Assembly (NCBI GenBank): GCA_964535015.1
Contig: CAZHRU010000003.1
Coordinates: 3,940 to 67,939 of the forward strand
From: an uncultured Verrucomicrobiota bacterium
Lineage (GTDB): Bacteria; Verrucomicrobiota; Kiritimatiellia; CAIKKV01; CAITUY01
DNA: 64,000 nt
Direction of reading: 5' to 3'
Shown: positions 26,838 to 36,558 of the stretch, in pieces
How the letters are laid out: the number at the start of each line of letters is the position of its first letter
Numbering within the stretch: position 1 is the stretch's first letter
Program-made: the position numbers and the translations under genes
The notes under the pieces: generated by a model
Database searches by the model: none
What the model saw: the letters and a program-made list of their open reading frames with translations, nothing else
What the model was told of the DNA's origin: nothing

Positions 26838-27836
26838 ATGGCGACAGTGGCAATTCTTGGTGATGGCGGGTGGGGAACAGCGCTGGGGTTGACGCTGCAC
26901 CGTAATGGGCACCGTGTGTGCCTATGGGGCCCCTTTCCCGAGACGATCGCGGCGATCCGGGGGCGCGGTGAAAATGTTGATTATTTGCCGGGCGTTGCGT
27001 TGCCGCCGGAGTTGCGCTGGACGGCGGACCGTGCGGAGGCGGTGGCCGGGGCCGAGGTGGTGGTGCTGGCCAGTCCCACGAAATTCATGCGGACGGTACT
27101 GGGTTCGTTTGCCGGATTGATTCCCCCGTCGGCCTTGTTGGTAAGTGTGGCCAAGGGGTTGGATGCGGGCAGTCACCGGCGGATGACCGAGGTGGCGGAG
27201 GAGGTGCTTGGGATGGGGCCGGTGGCGGCGCTATCGGGGCCGAGTTTTGCGTCCGAGGTGGCGGTGGGGGCTCCCACGGCGGTGGTGATTGCCTGTCGCG
27301 ATCATAAGCGGGCGGTGCAGTTGCAGGCGGTGTTTAATGGTCGGCGTTTCCGTGTCTACACTTCCGACGACGTGGTGGGTGTGGAACTGGGCGGGTGCCT
27401 TAAGAATGTGATCGCCGTGGCGGCGGGGGTATGCGCGGGAATCGGGTTTGGCCATAATGCCCAGGCGGCATTGATCACGCGGGGGTTGGCGGAGATGACG
27501 CGGTTGGGGGTGGCGATGGGGGCGCATCCGGCGACGTTTGCGGGATTGAGCGGGATGGGGGATCTTGTATTGACCTGTACGAGCCGGTTGAGTCGCAATT
27601 ACACGGTGGGCGAGCGGATCGGGCGCGGGGAGGCATTGGCGGCGATTGTGGGAGGCATGAAGCAGGTGGCGGAGGGGATTACGAATGCGGCCACGGCGCG
27701 GGAGTTGGCGGAGATGAAGGGGGTCTCGGCGCCGATCATTGAGGAAGTCCATGCCATGGTGAGCGAGGGTAAGGATCCGCAGGCGGCGGTGGAGTCCCTG
27801 TTGGCGCGCGAGCCGCGTCCGGAGCGGGATGGGTGA
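26838..27836 (+). CDS. gpsA: NAD(P)H-dependent glycerol-3-phosphate dehydrogenase
   Basis: GDGGWGTAL, SGPSFA, KNVIA, GLSGMGDL..TC.SRN. Confidence 0.95.
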   Translation: MATVAILGDGGWGTALGLTLHRNGHRVCLWGPFPETIAAIRGRGENVDYLPGVALPPELRWTADRAEAVAGAEVVVLASPTKFMRTVLGSFAGLIPPSALLVSVAKGLDAGSHRRMTEVAEEVLGMGPVAALSGPSFASEVAVGAPTAVVIACRDHKRAVQLQAVFNGRRFRVYTSDDVVGVELGGCLKNVIAVAAGVCAGIGFGHNAQAALITRGLAEMTRLGVAMGAHPATFAGLSGMGDLVLTCTSRLSRNYTVGERIGRGEALAAIVGGMKQVAEGITNAATARELAEMKGVSAPIIEEVHAMVSEGKDPQAAVESLLAREPRPERDG

Positions 27837-27963
27837 GCAACTTTCGCTCAGCGGAATCCGACGACTGCCGAAAAGTGACACCCCTTAGCCAGAAGGGAGC
27901 AAGTCCGAACCGGCTAAGGGGTCATGGCTGGTGAGTTTGCCGGACGCTTCCCGCATCCACCCC
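27826..27963 (-). ncRNA. Candidate rod-shaped small RNA (unassigned family)
   Basis: Nested imperfect inverted repeats centred on CCCCTTAGCC/GGCTAAGGGG. G-U pairs favour the minus strand, and TATAAG lies just upstream on the minus strand. Confidence 0.35.
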
Positions 27964-28135
27964 CGTTGCTCTACTTATATGATCGCATATTCCTTGAAAA
28001 ACGGATGTCAGGAGTCCGTTAAATCATGCATAAGCCGGGACGGCGAATGCCGCCCCGTAATCCGATTTCAGGCCCAGGCTTCTTCAATGAGAAAAGAACA
28101 CCTTGATCCGGGCCAAGGATTGGGGACATCGCGCT

Positions 28136-29431
28136 TTATCCGGCGAACACGGCGCGGTGGCCATCCGGGCCGGCCTTTTCGGCGGCGCGGGTGATTTCCT
28201 CGCGGGCGATGGCGGCCCAGCGGTCAAAGCGTTCGGGGTGGTTCTCGCAGGTATGGGTGTCCTTCAGAATGAAGTCGAGTCGGCACCCGTTGTCCATGGC
28301 GGCTTCCAGTCCGGCGCGCAATTCCCCGCGGATGAGGGTTTCGTCGAACGATCCGACAAGGTGGGAGGGTTGGGGTTTCCAGCACATGACGAAGTTACCC
28401 TTCAGGCGTTCGGCACAGCGACGCAGGTCGGACCAGGGCGAAATGGAGATGCGGCGCATGCCGGGCAGTGCCGTGACGGCGTCAAGTTTGTGGGTCAGGT
28501 CCTCGCAGCAGCCGTAGCAGTTCAGCGGGAAGGGTTCGAGGAGTTTCCGTTCGTATGAGAGGGCGAACTCCGCGTGCTGCTCGGGGCTGACTTGGGCCAG
28601 TTCTTGCGCTTCGGCGAGTGCCCAGCGGTCGCGGGTACGGACGCGGGCGGGATCGAACCCGGCGGCGGGCAGGCCGTCGACATAGCCATGGGCGCCCTGA
28701 TTGATCGCGGGGCCATCATGGTTGCTGGCGAGGAGGTTTTGTTGCAGGGCCTGGGTGAGAACCTTCTGATGGCCCTCGGTCAGGAAGTGCATGGCCTCAT
28801 GAAGGAAACCGGGATTCTCGTACATATCCACCATCACTTGTTCAAGGCCGCGAAGTTGGGTCCATTCTCCCATCAGGTGATAGTAGGGTTTGATGCCGCC
28901 GGTGAGTTTCACGGGGAGCAGGTCGCCGACGAGATCCCGTGTTCGGGCCAAGGCGGCCTCAGTGGCGGTTTCGTCGTAGGTGATCTCGGGGTGGTGCATC
29001 GTCTTGAGGTTTGCGGGTTCCTTGACCACCGGGTCAAAAGCCCATGCTCCTTGGGCCTGGGTGCTGTCGGTGTGTTGGGCTTTCAGGCCCCACCCGGTGG
29101 AGTGGATTCGTTTGGCAACCCTGATGTAGCCATCGGCGACGGCGTCGTCGCGCCAGTGCTGGTGTCCATAGAGGGTGGCGCGCAGGTCCAATTCCAGCCA
29201 GCGGTCGGGGCCATAGGTGCATTGGAGGGAGGCGTTGGGCAGGATTTCGCGCCAGGATCCTTCGGGGATGATCCGGAAGATCGGGCGGCAGGGCCGCAGG
29301 CTGTTATGGTCACGCCACAAGCGACGGCGTTCCTCCTGGATTGGCAGGTTGGCGATGTCGCGAAGTTGACGGCACAGGTCGCGGATGACGGTGCGGTCTT
29401 CCGGGCGGATGGCTGGAATGGGTGTACTCAT
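28136..29431 (-). CDS. Uroporphyrinogen decarboxylase-like / methyltransferase-family protein
   Basis: LRGLEQVMVDMYENP, VSPEQHAEF, YGCCE, RRISISPW. Confidence 0.75.
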   Translation of the reverse strand: MSTPIPAIRPEDRTVIRDLCRQLRDIANLPIQEERRRLWRDHNSLRPCRPIFRIIPEGSWREILPNASLQCTYGPDRWLELDLRATLYGHQHWRDDAVADGYIRVAKRIHSTGWGLKAQHTDSTQAQGAWAFDPVVKEPANLKTMHHPEITYDETATEAALARTRDLVGDLLPVKLTGGIKPYYHLMGEWTQLRGLEQVMVDMYENPGFLHEAMHFLTEGHQKVLTQALQQNLLASNHDGPAINQGAHGYVDGLPAAGFDPARVRTRDRWALAEAQELAQVSPEQHAEFALSYERKLLEPFPLNCYGCCEDLTHKLDAVTALPGMRRISISPWSDLRRCAERLKGNFVMCWKPQPSHLVGSFDETLIRGELRAGLEAAMDNGCRLDFILKDTHTCENHPERFDRWAAIAREEITRAAEKAGPDGHRAVFAG

Positions 29432-29571
29432 GGCGGGTGAGTGCGCCGAAAAGGCGGTGGTTATTCCAGCAGATTTCCCAAATTCGGAGTTTGTTCCTCT
29501 CATTGAAGTGCACCCGGTTGCATGGTAGTGTTCGCATTCAATGGGGCTTCACAACAAGGCGATGGTGCACA

Positions 29572-32550
29572 ATGAATAGAATAGATGGACTTGCGTCGGC
29601 GGGAAGCGAAACGCCGCTGGAGGGATTGAGCAAGAGTTACGCACTATTGAAACTGGCGGTGGGAGCCCCGGATCGTTTTGTGACATGGGACGCGATTGTA
29701 TTGACGGCGTCGAGCGAGGAGCAGGCGCGGTTGTACCGGCGGCATCTGGAGGAAGTGCGTGTCCGTGGATTGATCGCGGCGGCGACGCGGACGGTGGTGG
29801 TGGCGGATCCGGGCGGGATGCGGATCGGGAGCGGCGGGGCGACGCTGCATGCGTTGCGGGTGCTGGCGCAGGAGTACTCGGCAGAGGCGGTGGGCGGGTG
29901 GCGGGTGCTTTTGGTGCATGCGGGCGGGGATAGCCGGCGAGTGCCGTGGGCGAACGTGTTCGGGAAGTGTTTCATTCCGTTTCCTCTGTTGGCGGATCCC
30001 GACCAGGCGGTGCCGACGCTATTTGATCACCAGTTGGCGGTGGCGGCGCCGTTAGCGGGACGGATGCCGGGTGCGGGATTGGTGTCGCTGGCGGGGGATG
30101 TATTGCCGTTGCTGAACACGAGCCGGGTGGGGTTGGTGGCGGATGGTGCGGTGGTAGTGACGGCGGCGGAATCGCTGGATGTGGCGGGGCGGCACGGGGT
30201 GATCGTGGCGGACGGGGATGGGCGGGTGGTGGATCTTCTGCAGAAGGCGGACCCGGAGACGTTGGCGGCGCGGGGTGCGCTGGTGGGTGGGGGGGCGGCC
30301 TTGCTGGACACGGGGATCTACGCGTTCTGCGGGGAGGTGTACCGGCGGTTGGTGGGGTTGGCAGGCGAGACGCCGGACCCGGTCGTGGAATTGGTGGCGT
30401 CGCGGCGGGAGTGCAGTCTTTACGAGGAGATCGCGTCGGCACTGGTGGCGTCGCGTCGCGAGTGGGTGCAGGGGCGGCCACTGGGGCCCCGGTTGGTTGG
30501 TGCGTTGGGTGAGGGGGTGTTGTGGAACCGGACGGTGCCGGAGTTATATTTTGTCCACTTGGGGACGACGGCGGAGATTCTGAATCACTTTTCGTTGAAT
30601 TGGGAGGGGCGGATCGGGCGGGTGGTTTCGGCGGATGTGGCAGGGGCGTTGGGGTCAGCGGCCGTAGTCTGTGCGACGACGGCGGGGCGCGAGACGACGG
30701 TGGGGGACAACAGTTTTCTTTACGGTTGCCGGCTGACGGGGGAGACGGCGGTCGGGAGTCGGTGTGTGGTCATGGGGGTTCATAGCCGGGGGTTGCTGCG
30801 GGTTCCGCCGAATCTTTGCGTATGGCAGTTGCCGTTGCGGCGGCGGGGGAAAGGGGCGCGCCGGTTTGCGTCGGTCTGTTGCGGGGTGGATGACTGTCCG
30901 AAGGACGAGTGGACGGCGGGGACATTTTGTAACCGCGAGTTTGCCGGCTGGATGCGGTCGCACGGGGTGGAGGCGGATGAGTTGTGGGGGGCGGGGGTGG
31001 CGCGGACGTTGTGGCACGCGCGGTTGTTTGCGCGGGTGGGTGCGGACGACGGGTTGGTTGTGTTGGGGTGGTTGTGGGGTGATGGGACGAAGGGTGGCGA
31101 GGGGGCGGCGTTATGGCGGGGGGCGGAACGGTTGAGTCTGGCCGAGTTGCATGCGGAGGTGGATTTCGGGGAGGTGGCGGAACGGTTGGCTCGGGTGCAG
31201 GATGGATTGATTTTGGACATTATGGAAAGGACAGTCCGGCACGGGATGAACCGGAATGTGCGGGCGTTGATGGGGCAGGCGTCGCCTGCGGTGCGACGCA
31301 CGAAGGCGTGGCGTGGTGTGGTCTCGGCGGCGGAGGGATGCGTCGAAGGCGGGGGGAGCCGGTCGTTGCAGGTTGCGGCAGATTTGTTTTTGGCGGATGG
31401 CAGGGCGGATGAGGCAGCGGCGGCGGAGCGCAAGGCGTTTGAGGCGATTGGGCGGGAGGTCGGGCGGTATGTGAAGTCGTACGAGGCGGTCAGGGTGTCG
31501 GACCTGGTGCCCGGGACGGTGGAGGAGACGTGTTTGCCGGTGCGGTTCGATTTGGCGGGAGGGTGGAGCGATACGCCGCCGTATTGTCTGGAGAATCCGG
31601 CGCGGGTTTTGAATATGGCCGTGGAGTTCGGGGGGCGTCGTCCGGTCATGGCGCGGGTGACGGCGTTGGCGGAGCGGGAATGGCGTTTTTACCAGGAGGA
31701 TACGGGTTTGGTCGAGGTGGTGCGGCCGGGGGAAGGGACGGGGGTGACCAGTTCGCTATCGGATCCGTTTGTGTTGTTGAAAGCGGCCTTGCAGTTGACG
31801 GGGTATGGGGCGGGACGGGGGATTCATCAGGGGGTGGAGGTGCGGACGCACACGGGAGTCCCGAAAGGGAGTGGGTTGGGTACGAGTTCAATCCTGGGTG
31901 CGGCGCTGGTGAGTGCGTTGCAGAAGTTGGCAGGCCGCAGGTGTGATGCGGAACCTGTGAGTGAACTGGTGTTGGTGCTGGAGCAGCGGATCACGACTGG
32001 CGGCGGGTGGCAGGATCAGGTTGGCGGATTGATGCCGGGCGTGAAGTGCATCACGTCGGCGCCGGTGCAGCCGATGCGGCTGGTGATCGAGCCGGTGCCG
32101 TTGTTACGGGAGACGGCGGTGGAGTTGGAGTCGCGTCTGGTGATCGCGTACACGGGATTGGACCGGTTGGCGAAGAACGTATTGCAGATCGTGGTGGGGC
32201 GGTATTTGAGGCGGGAGCGACGGGCGTTGAATGCGGTCCGGCGGTTGGTGGAGTTGGCGGATGAGGGGCGTGAGGCGCTGGTGCTGGGGCGGTTGGATGA
32301 CGTGGGGCGGGTGATGGAGGAAGTGTGGCGGGTACACCAGGAGTTGGATCCGCACTGCAGCAATGCGGGCGTGGACGCGATGTTCGACAAGGTTGCGGAT
32401 CTGGCGTCGGGCTGGAAGTTGGCCGGTGCGGGTGGAGGCGGGTTCATGGGGGTGTTGGGCAAGGACCCGGAGGCGGCGGAGCGGATCCGGCGGACCCTGG
32501 CGGGGTTGGGCGCCGGCGTCAAGGTGTATGATTGGCGGCTGGCCACCTGA
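29572..32550 (+). CDS. fkp: Bifunctional L-fucokinase / fucose-1-phosphate guanylyltransferase
   Basis: RIGSGGAT, HAGGDSRR, LQKA, PVRFDLAGGWSDTPP, PKGSGLGTSS, GGGWQDQ, GAGGGGF. Confidence 0.9.
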   Translation: MNRIDGLASAGSETPLEGLSKSYALLKLAVGAPDRFVTWDAIVLTASSEEQARLYRRHLEEVRVRGLIAAATRTVVVADPGGMRIGSGGATLHALRVLAQEYSAEAVGGWRVLLVHAGGDSRRVPWANVFGKCFIPFPLLADPDQAVPTLFDHQLAVAAPLAGRMPGAGLVSLAGDVLPLLNTSRVGLVADGAVVVTAAESLDVAGRHGVIVADGDGRVVDLLQKADPETLAARGALVGGGAALLDTGIYAFCGEVYRRLVGLAGETPDPVVELVASRRECSLYEEIASALVASRREWVQGRPLGPRLVGALGEGVLWNRTVPELYFVHLGTTAEILNHFSLNWEGRIGRVVSADVAGALGSAAVVCATTAGRETTVGDNSFLYGCRLTGETAVGSRCVVMGVHSRGLLRVPPNLCVWQLPLRRRGKGARRFASVCCGVDDCPKDEWTAGTFCNREFAGWMRSHGVEADELWGAGVARTLWHARLFARVGADDGLVVLGWLWGDGTKGGEGAALWRGAERLSLAELHAEVDFGEVAERLARVQDGLILDIMERTVRHGMNRNVRALMGQASPAVRRTKAWRGVVSAAEGCVEGGGSRSLQVAADLFLADGRADEAAAAERKAFEAIGREVGRYVKSYEAVRVSDLVPGTVEETCLPVRFDLAGGWSDTPPYCLENPARVLNMAVEFGGRRPVMARVTALAEREWRFYQEDTGLVEVVRPGEGTGVTSSLSDPFVLLKAALQLTGYGAGRGIHQGVEVRTHTGVPKGSGLGTSSILGAALVSALQKLAGRRCDAEPVSELVLVLEQRITTGGGWQDQVGGLMPGVKCITSAPVQPMRLVIEPVPLLRETAVELESRLVIAYTGLDRLAKNVLQIVVGRYLRRERRALNAVRRLVELADEGREALVLGRLDDVGRVMEEVWRVHQELDPHCSNAGVDAMFDKVADLASGWKLAGAGGGGFMGVLGKDPEAAERIRRTLAGLGAGVKVYDWRLAT

Positions 32551-32612
32551 ATCACGCATTCTGGTTTCGATGATCGTTGACTCCGGCCTCTGTTCGGGTA
32601 TCCTTTTCCGTC

Positions 32613-33890
32613 ATGAATATTCTTGTTGTGGGCGGAGGGGGTCGCGAACATACCCTCGTGTGGAAACTGGTGAATGACAGCCGCCGGCCGAAGGTGTTTT
32701 GCGCGCCCGGTAATGCCGGCACGGCGGAACTTGCCACGAATCTGGATATCGGCGCCGAGGATATTCCGGCGCTCATGAGCTGGGCCCGGGAGCACCGGCC
32801 CGACCTGACGGTGGTGGGCCCCGAAGCGCCGTTGTGCGCGGGATTGGTGGACCTTCTGGAAAAGGAAGGATTGAAGGCCTTTGGTCCGTCACGGGCCGCG
32901 GCCCAGATCGAGGGTAGCAAGGTCTTTGCCAAGGACATCATGGTGGCTGCCGGGGTGCCGACAGCGAAGGCGAGTTTCTTTACCGATGCCGCGCTGGCGC
33001 TGGACTTCGTTCGTTCCATTGGTGCGCCGCTGGTGATCAAGGCCGAGGGGTTGGCGGCGGGTAAAGGGGTGACGGTCTGCGCCACGGTGGAGGAGGCCGA
33101 ACGTGCGGTACGGGAGTCGCTTGTGGATGGCGCCTTTGGCGAAGCCGGCAAGCGGATTCTGGTGGAGGAGTTCCTGGAAGGGGAGGAGGCGTCCATTCTG
33201 GCGCTGACCGACGGGAAGCGGGTGGTGTTGCTGGCCACGGCACAGGATCACAAGCGGGTTTTCGATAACGATCAGGGGCCCAATACGGGAGGCATGGGCG
33301 CCTATTCGCCGGCGCCGGTGGTTACGGCGGAGATGTTCCCCGCCATCGAGCGCGACGTGTTCGGACCGACGCTGGCGGAACTTGAGTTGCGCGGCATTCA
33401 CTACAAGGGCGTGCTCTATGCGGGACTGATGATGACCAAGAAGGGGCCCAAGGTTCTGGAGTTCAACTGCCGGTTCGGCGATCCCGAGACGCAGGTGATT
33501 ATTCCGCGCCTTGCCGGCGACCTGATACCCGCGCTGGAGGCGTGCATTGATGGGACCCTGCGGCCGGAACTGGTGACCTGGCGGGCGGAGTCCTGCGTGT
33601 GTGTGGTGATGGCGGCGGGTGGATACCCGGGGACCTACCGGAAGGGCGACGAAATCCGGGGCCTCAAGGAGGCGGCGAAGGTCAAGCAGGCCGTGGTATT
33701 CCATGCGGGAACGGCGTTGAGCAAGGGGCGCGTGGTGACGGCCGGCGGGCGGGTGCTGGGGGTGACGGCGCTGGGCAGCGGGTTGAAGGAGGCGGTGGAC
33801 CAAGCCTATGAGGCGGTGACCCGGATTGATTTCGACGGGGCCATCTACCGCACGGATATTGCGGCGAAGGCGTTCGGAAGGAAACAGTAA
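32613..33890 (+). CDS. purD: Phosphoribosylamine-glycine ligase
   Basis: GGGGREH, GPEAPL, LAAGKGV, QDHKR, NTGGMGAY, FNCRFGDPE. Confidence 0.97.
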   Translation: MNILVVGGGGREHTLVWKLVNDSRRPKVFCAPGNAGTAELATNLDIGAEDIPALMSWAREHRPDLTVVGPEAPLCAGLVDLLEKEGLKAFGPSRAAAQIEGSKVFAKDIMVAAGVPTAKASFFTDAALALDFVRSIGAPLVIKAEGLAAGKGVTVCATVEEAERAVRESLVDGAFGEAGKRILVEEFLEGEEASILALTDGKRVVLLATAQDHKRVFDNDQGPNTGGMGAYSPAPVVTAEMFPAIERDVFGPTLAELELRGIHYKGVLYAGLMMTKKGPKVLEFNCRFGDPETQVIIPRLAGDLIPALEACIDGTLRPELVTWRAESCVCVVMAAGGYPGTYRKGDEIRGLKEAAKVKQAVVFHAGTALSKGRVVTAGGRVLGVTALGSGLKEAVDQAYEAVTRIDFDGAIYRTDIAAKAFGRKQ

Positions 33891-33918
33891 AGGGATTAAC
33901 CTTTAGAGAAAGGGACTT

Positions 33919-34434
33919 ATGAGTACAGCAGAAGTGGCGTTGGTGATGGGGAGTGATTCGGATTGGCCACTATTGGAGGACGCCGTCGGTGTTCTGGCCA
34001 AGTTTGAGGTGGAGAGTGAAGTACGCGTCATGTCGGCGCACCGGACGCCTGATTTGGCGGCGACGTTTTCCAAGCAGGCGGCGGGGCGCGGGCTTAAGGT
34101 AATCATTGCCGCGGCGGGCGGGGCGGCGCATCTGGCGGGCGTCATCGCGGCGCATACGACCCTTCCGGTTATCGGGATTCCGGTGGCCAGCAATCTCATG
34201 GGAGGCATGGATTCGCTGTTGTCCACGGTGCAGATGCCGGCGGGGATTCCCGTGGCGACGGTGGCGGTGGGGAAGAGCGGGGCCACGAATGCGGCGCTAC
34301 TGGCTGTTCAGATTCTGGCGCTGGGAAACCCGGCGTTGACGCGCAAGTTGGTTCAATACAAGAAGTCACTCGGGGAGAAAGTAAAGGCCGGCAACGCGCG
34401 GATCCAGATTGAGGCGGCGAAGAAGAAGGGGTGA
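33919..34434 (+). CDS. purE: N5-CAIR mutase
   Basis: [33 protein letters not shown]. Confidence 0.97.
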   Translation: MSTAEVALVMGSDSDWPLLEDAVGVLAKFEVESEVRVMSAHRTPDLAATFSKQAAGRGLKVIIAAAGGAAHLAGVIAAHTTLPVIGIPVASNLMGGMDSLLSTVQMPAGIPVATVAVGKSGATNAALLAVQILALGNPALTRKLVQYKKSLGEKVKAGNARIQIEAAKKKG

Positions 34435-34466
34435 GGGCTGGGGGTGTGAGTTGTGAATGGTGAATC

Positions 34467-35495
34467 GTGACAAGAATCCGGAGTTCAGAATCCAGAACGG
34501 ATAGTGAGACCATCCGTGCCGTCGGACGTGTGACGCGGGCGCGGGTGTTCGTTCTCGGGTTGTCCCTGCTGGTGTCCGCTTCGTATGCGCGGGCGGCCTT
34601 GAGTATCGGGGAGATGATACAGTTTCTGGAGGATCGCGGGTTGCCGGGCGTGTCGACCACGGCGGTGGAAAGTGCGATTACCGGGTTGATCCGATCGATA
34701 GATTCCGAGGCCAGGATCTGCACACCGGAGGAGGCCGCGTCTATCCGCACCGAATGGACCGGCGTGGGGCAGAGCGGGGCAACCAACGGCGGGTGGTCAG
34801 GGTCGGTGGACATGTTCGAGTCCTGGCCGGAGGGTCTTGCCTATCTGAAGATCAAGGGGCTTTACCGCGGTGGTGGAGTGGAGATCATGGGGCACTTGCG
34901 GACATTGTCGAAGAGGGCGGGGGTGATCATGGATCTCCGGGGGACCGACGGGGCCGACTTGGATGCCGTGGTGGCGTTGGCGAGTCCGTTCTATTGTTCC
35001 GGGGATGTGCTTTTCCGTGTGGAGACCCGGGCGGGGGCGCCGGTGGAAACCCGTGTGGCCGGCGAGGGGACCGCGTTGAAGACGCCGTTGCTGGTGTTGA
35101 TTGATCATGACACGCGTTGTGCGGCGGAAACCCTGGTGGCGTTATGGAACGGCAAACCGGGTGTCATGTTGATTGGCGAGTCCACGCGGGGGGATACCGG
35201 GGTGCGTGATCTGTTGCCGTTGCCGGATGGGCGTTTCCTGTATATGGCCACGAAAAGGCTGGTTCCGGTGGCGACGGCGTATGGGGCGAAGGGGGTGTGT
35301 CCCGACGTGGCGGTGGATACGAAGGGCGGGAGTGTAACACCCCTGGTGCATGCGCCCGGCCACGGCCGCCCGCTCAGTGCGAAGTCGCTGGAAGACCGGG
35401 ACTTGATGATGCGGGTGGATTCCGATCCGGTGTTGAGGCGGGGAACCGACATTCTCCTGGCGTTGCGGGCAATTGACAACCATGGCAATCCCTGA
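34467..35495 (+). CDS. S41 (tail-specific) peptidase-like protein, probably catalytically altered
   Basis: AYLKI, IMDLRG, LVLID..TRCAAE, IGESTRG, GVCPDV. No PDZ domain; start position uncertain. Confidence 0.7.
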   Translation: MTRIRSSESRTDSETIRAVGRVTRARVFVLGLSLLVSASYARAALSIGEMIQFLEDRGLPGVSTTAVESAITGLIRSIDSEARICTPEEAASIRTEWTGVGQSGATNGGWSGSVDMFESWPEGLAYLKIKGLYRGGGVEIMGHLRTLSKRAGVIMDLRGTDGADLDAVVALASPFYCSGDVLFRVETRAGAPVETRVAGEGTALKTPLLVLIDHDTRCAAETLVALWNGKPGVMLIGESTRGDTGVRDLLPLPDGRFLYMATKRLVPVATAYGAKGVCPDVAVDTKGGSVTPLVHAPGHGRPLSAKSLEDRDLMMRVDSDPVLRRGTDILLALRAIDNHGNP

Positions 35496-36543
35496 CTCCA
35501 TCATTATTCCCGTGGATGCCAGGCGGCCCGACCCCGCGGCGGTTCGGCGTGCCGTCAAGGTGTTGCGAGCCGGGGGGCTCGTGATTGTTCCGACGGAGAC
35601 GGTGTACGGGTTGGCGGCGGACCCCGGGGTGGACGGGGCGGAGGATCGTATCTACGAGGCCAAGGCGCGGGATCGGGGGAAGCCGATTCCCCTACTGGCG
35701 ACCAGCCAGGAGGCGGTGGCGCGATGGGGGGGCACATTGTCGTGTGCGGCGCGGCGGTTGGCGCGGCGATACTGGCCGGGGCCCCTGACCCTGGTGTTGC
35801 CCTGTGGCGACCGGGCGGAGGGTTTCAGGGTGCCGGACCATGCGGTGACTCAGGCGTTGCTCAAGGCGGCGGGAGGGGTATTGCGGGTGACCAGTGCCAA
35901 CGTGAGTGGAGATCCGGCGGCGAGGAATGCCCAGGAGGCGCTGGCGGCACTGGGTGACCGCGTGGGACTGGTGTTGGACGCCGGGCCGGCGGCGCTGGGC
36001 CGGGAGAGTACGGTGGTGGATGCCACCGGCGAGGTTGTGAAGGTCCTGCGTGAGGGGGCGATTCCGTCGGGCCGGATTCTGGCCAGGCCCCTGGTTTTGT
36101 TTGTTTGCACCGGCAATATCTGCCGGAGTCCGATGGCCGAGTATCTCCTGCGCCGGTGGCTGGGGCCGGAGAGTTCCTGGGAGGTGGGTTCCGCCGGCGT
36201 TTCGACGGCGGATGGGTTGGAGGCCAGCGAGGCGGCGGTAATGGCGATGGAGGACGCGGGGCTGGATGCGTCGGGGCACCGGAGCCGGCGCCTGACCCCG
36301 GCGCTGGTTGACGCCGCCGACCTGGTTGTGGTAATGACCGATGCGCACCGTCGGATCGTCCTCGGTCAGTTTCCCGGAGCCCGCCACAAGGTGGTCCTGT
36401 TGAATGCATTCAACAGTGTCCGGCGGAACGAGGATGTGGAGGATCCCATCGGGATGTCGCTCGATGTCTACCGGCAGACGCGGGATGAGATGAATGCGGC
36501 CATGCCGGATCTGGTGTTGCATTTGCACGAATTGCTTCAATAA
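35482..36543 (+). CDS. tsaC: TsaC/Sua5 threonylcarbamoyl-AMP synthase fused to a low-molecular-weight protein phosphatase
   Basis: PTETVYGL, WPGPLT, TSANVSG and STVVD, followed by LFVCTGNICRSPMAE and DVEDPIG. Confidence 0.9.
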   Translation: MAIPDSIIIPVDARRPDPAAVRRAVKVLRAGGLVIVPTETVYGLAADPGVDGAEDRIYEAKARDRGKPIPLLATSQEAVARWGGTLSCAARRLARRYWPGPLTLVLPCGDRAEGFRVPDHAVTQALLKAAGGVLRVTSANVSGDPAARNAQEALAALGDRVGLVLDAGPAALGRESTVVDATGEVVKVLREGAIPSGRILARPLVLFVCTGNICRSPMAEYLLRRWLGPESSWEVGSAGVSTADGLEASEAAVMAMEDAGLDASGHRSRRLTPALVDAADLVVVMTDAHRRIVLGQFPGARHKVVLLNAFNSVRRNEDVEDPIGMSLDVYRQTRDEMNAAMPDLVLHLHELLQ

Positions 36544-36558
36544 CTCGCAAGGAAGAAC

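Noticed and set aside
27900-27950. c-di-GMP-I riboswitch suggested by GGCAAAC on the minus strand
   Set aside because: The GNRA-capped P2 and the GCAAAG elements are missing, and there is no downstream gene on that strand.
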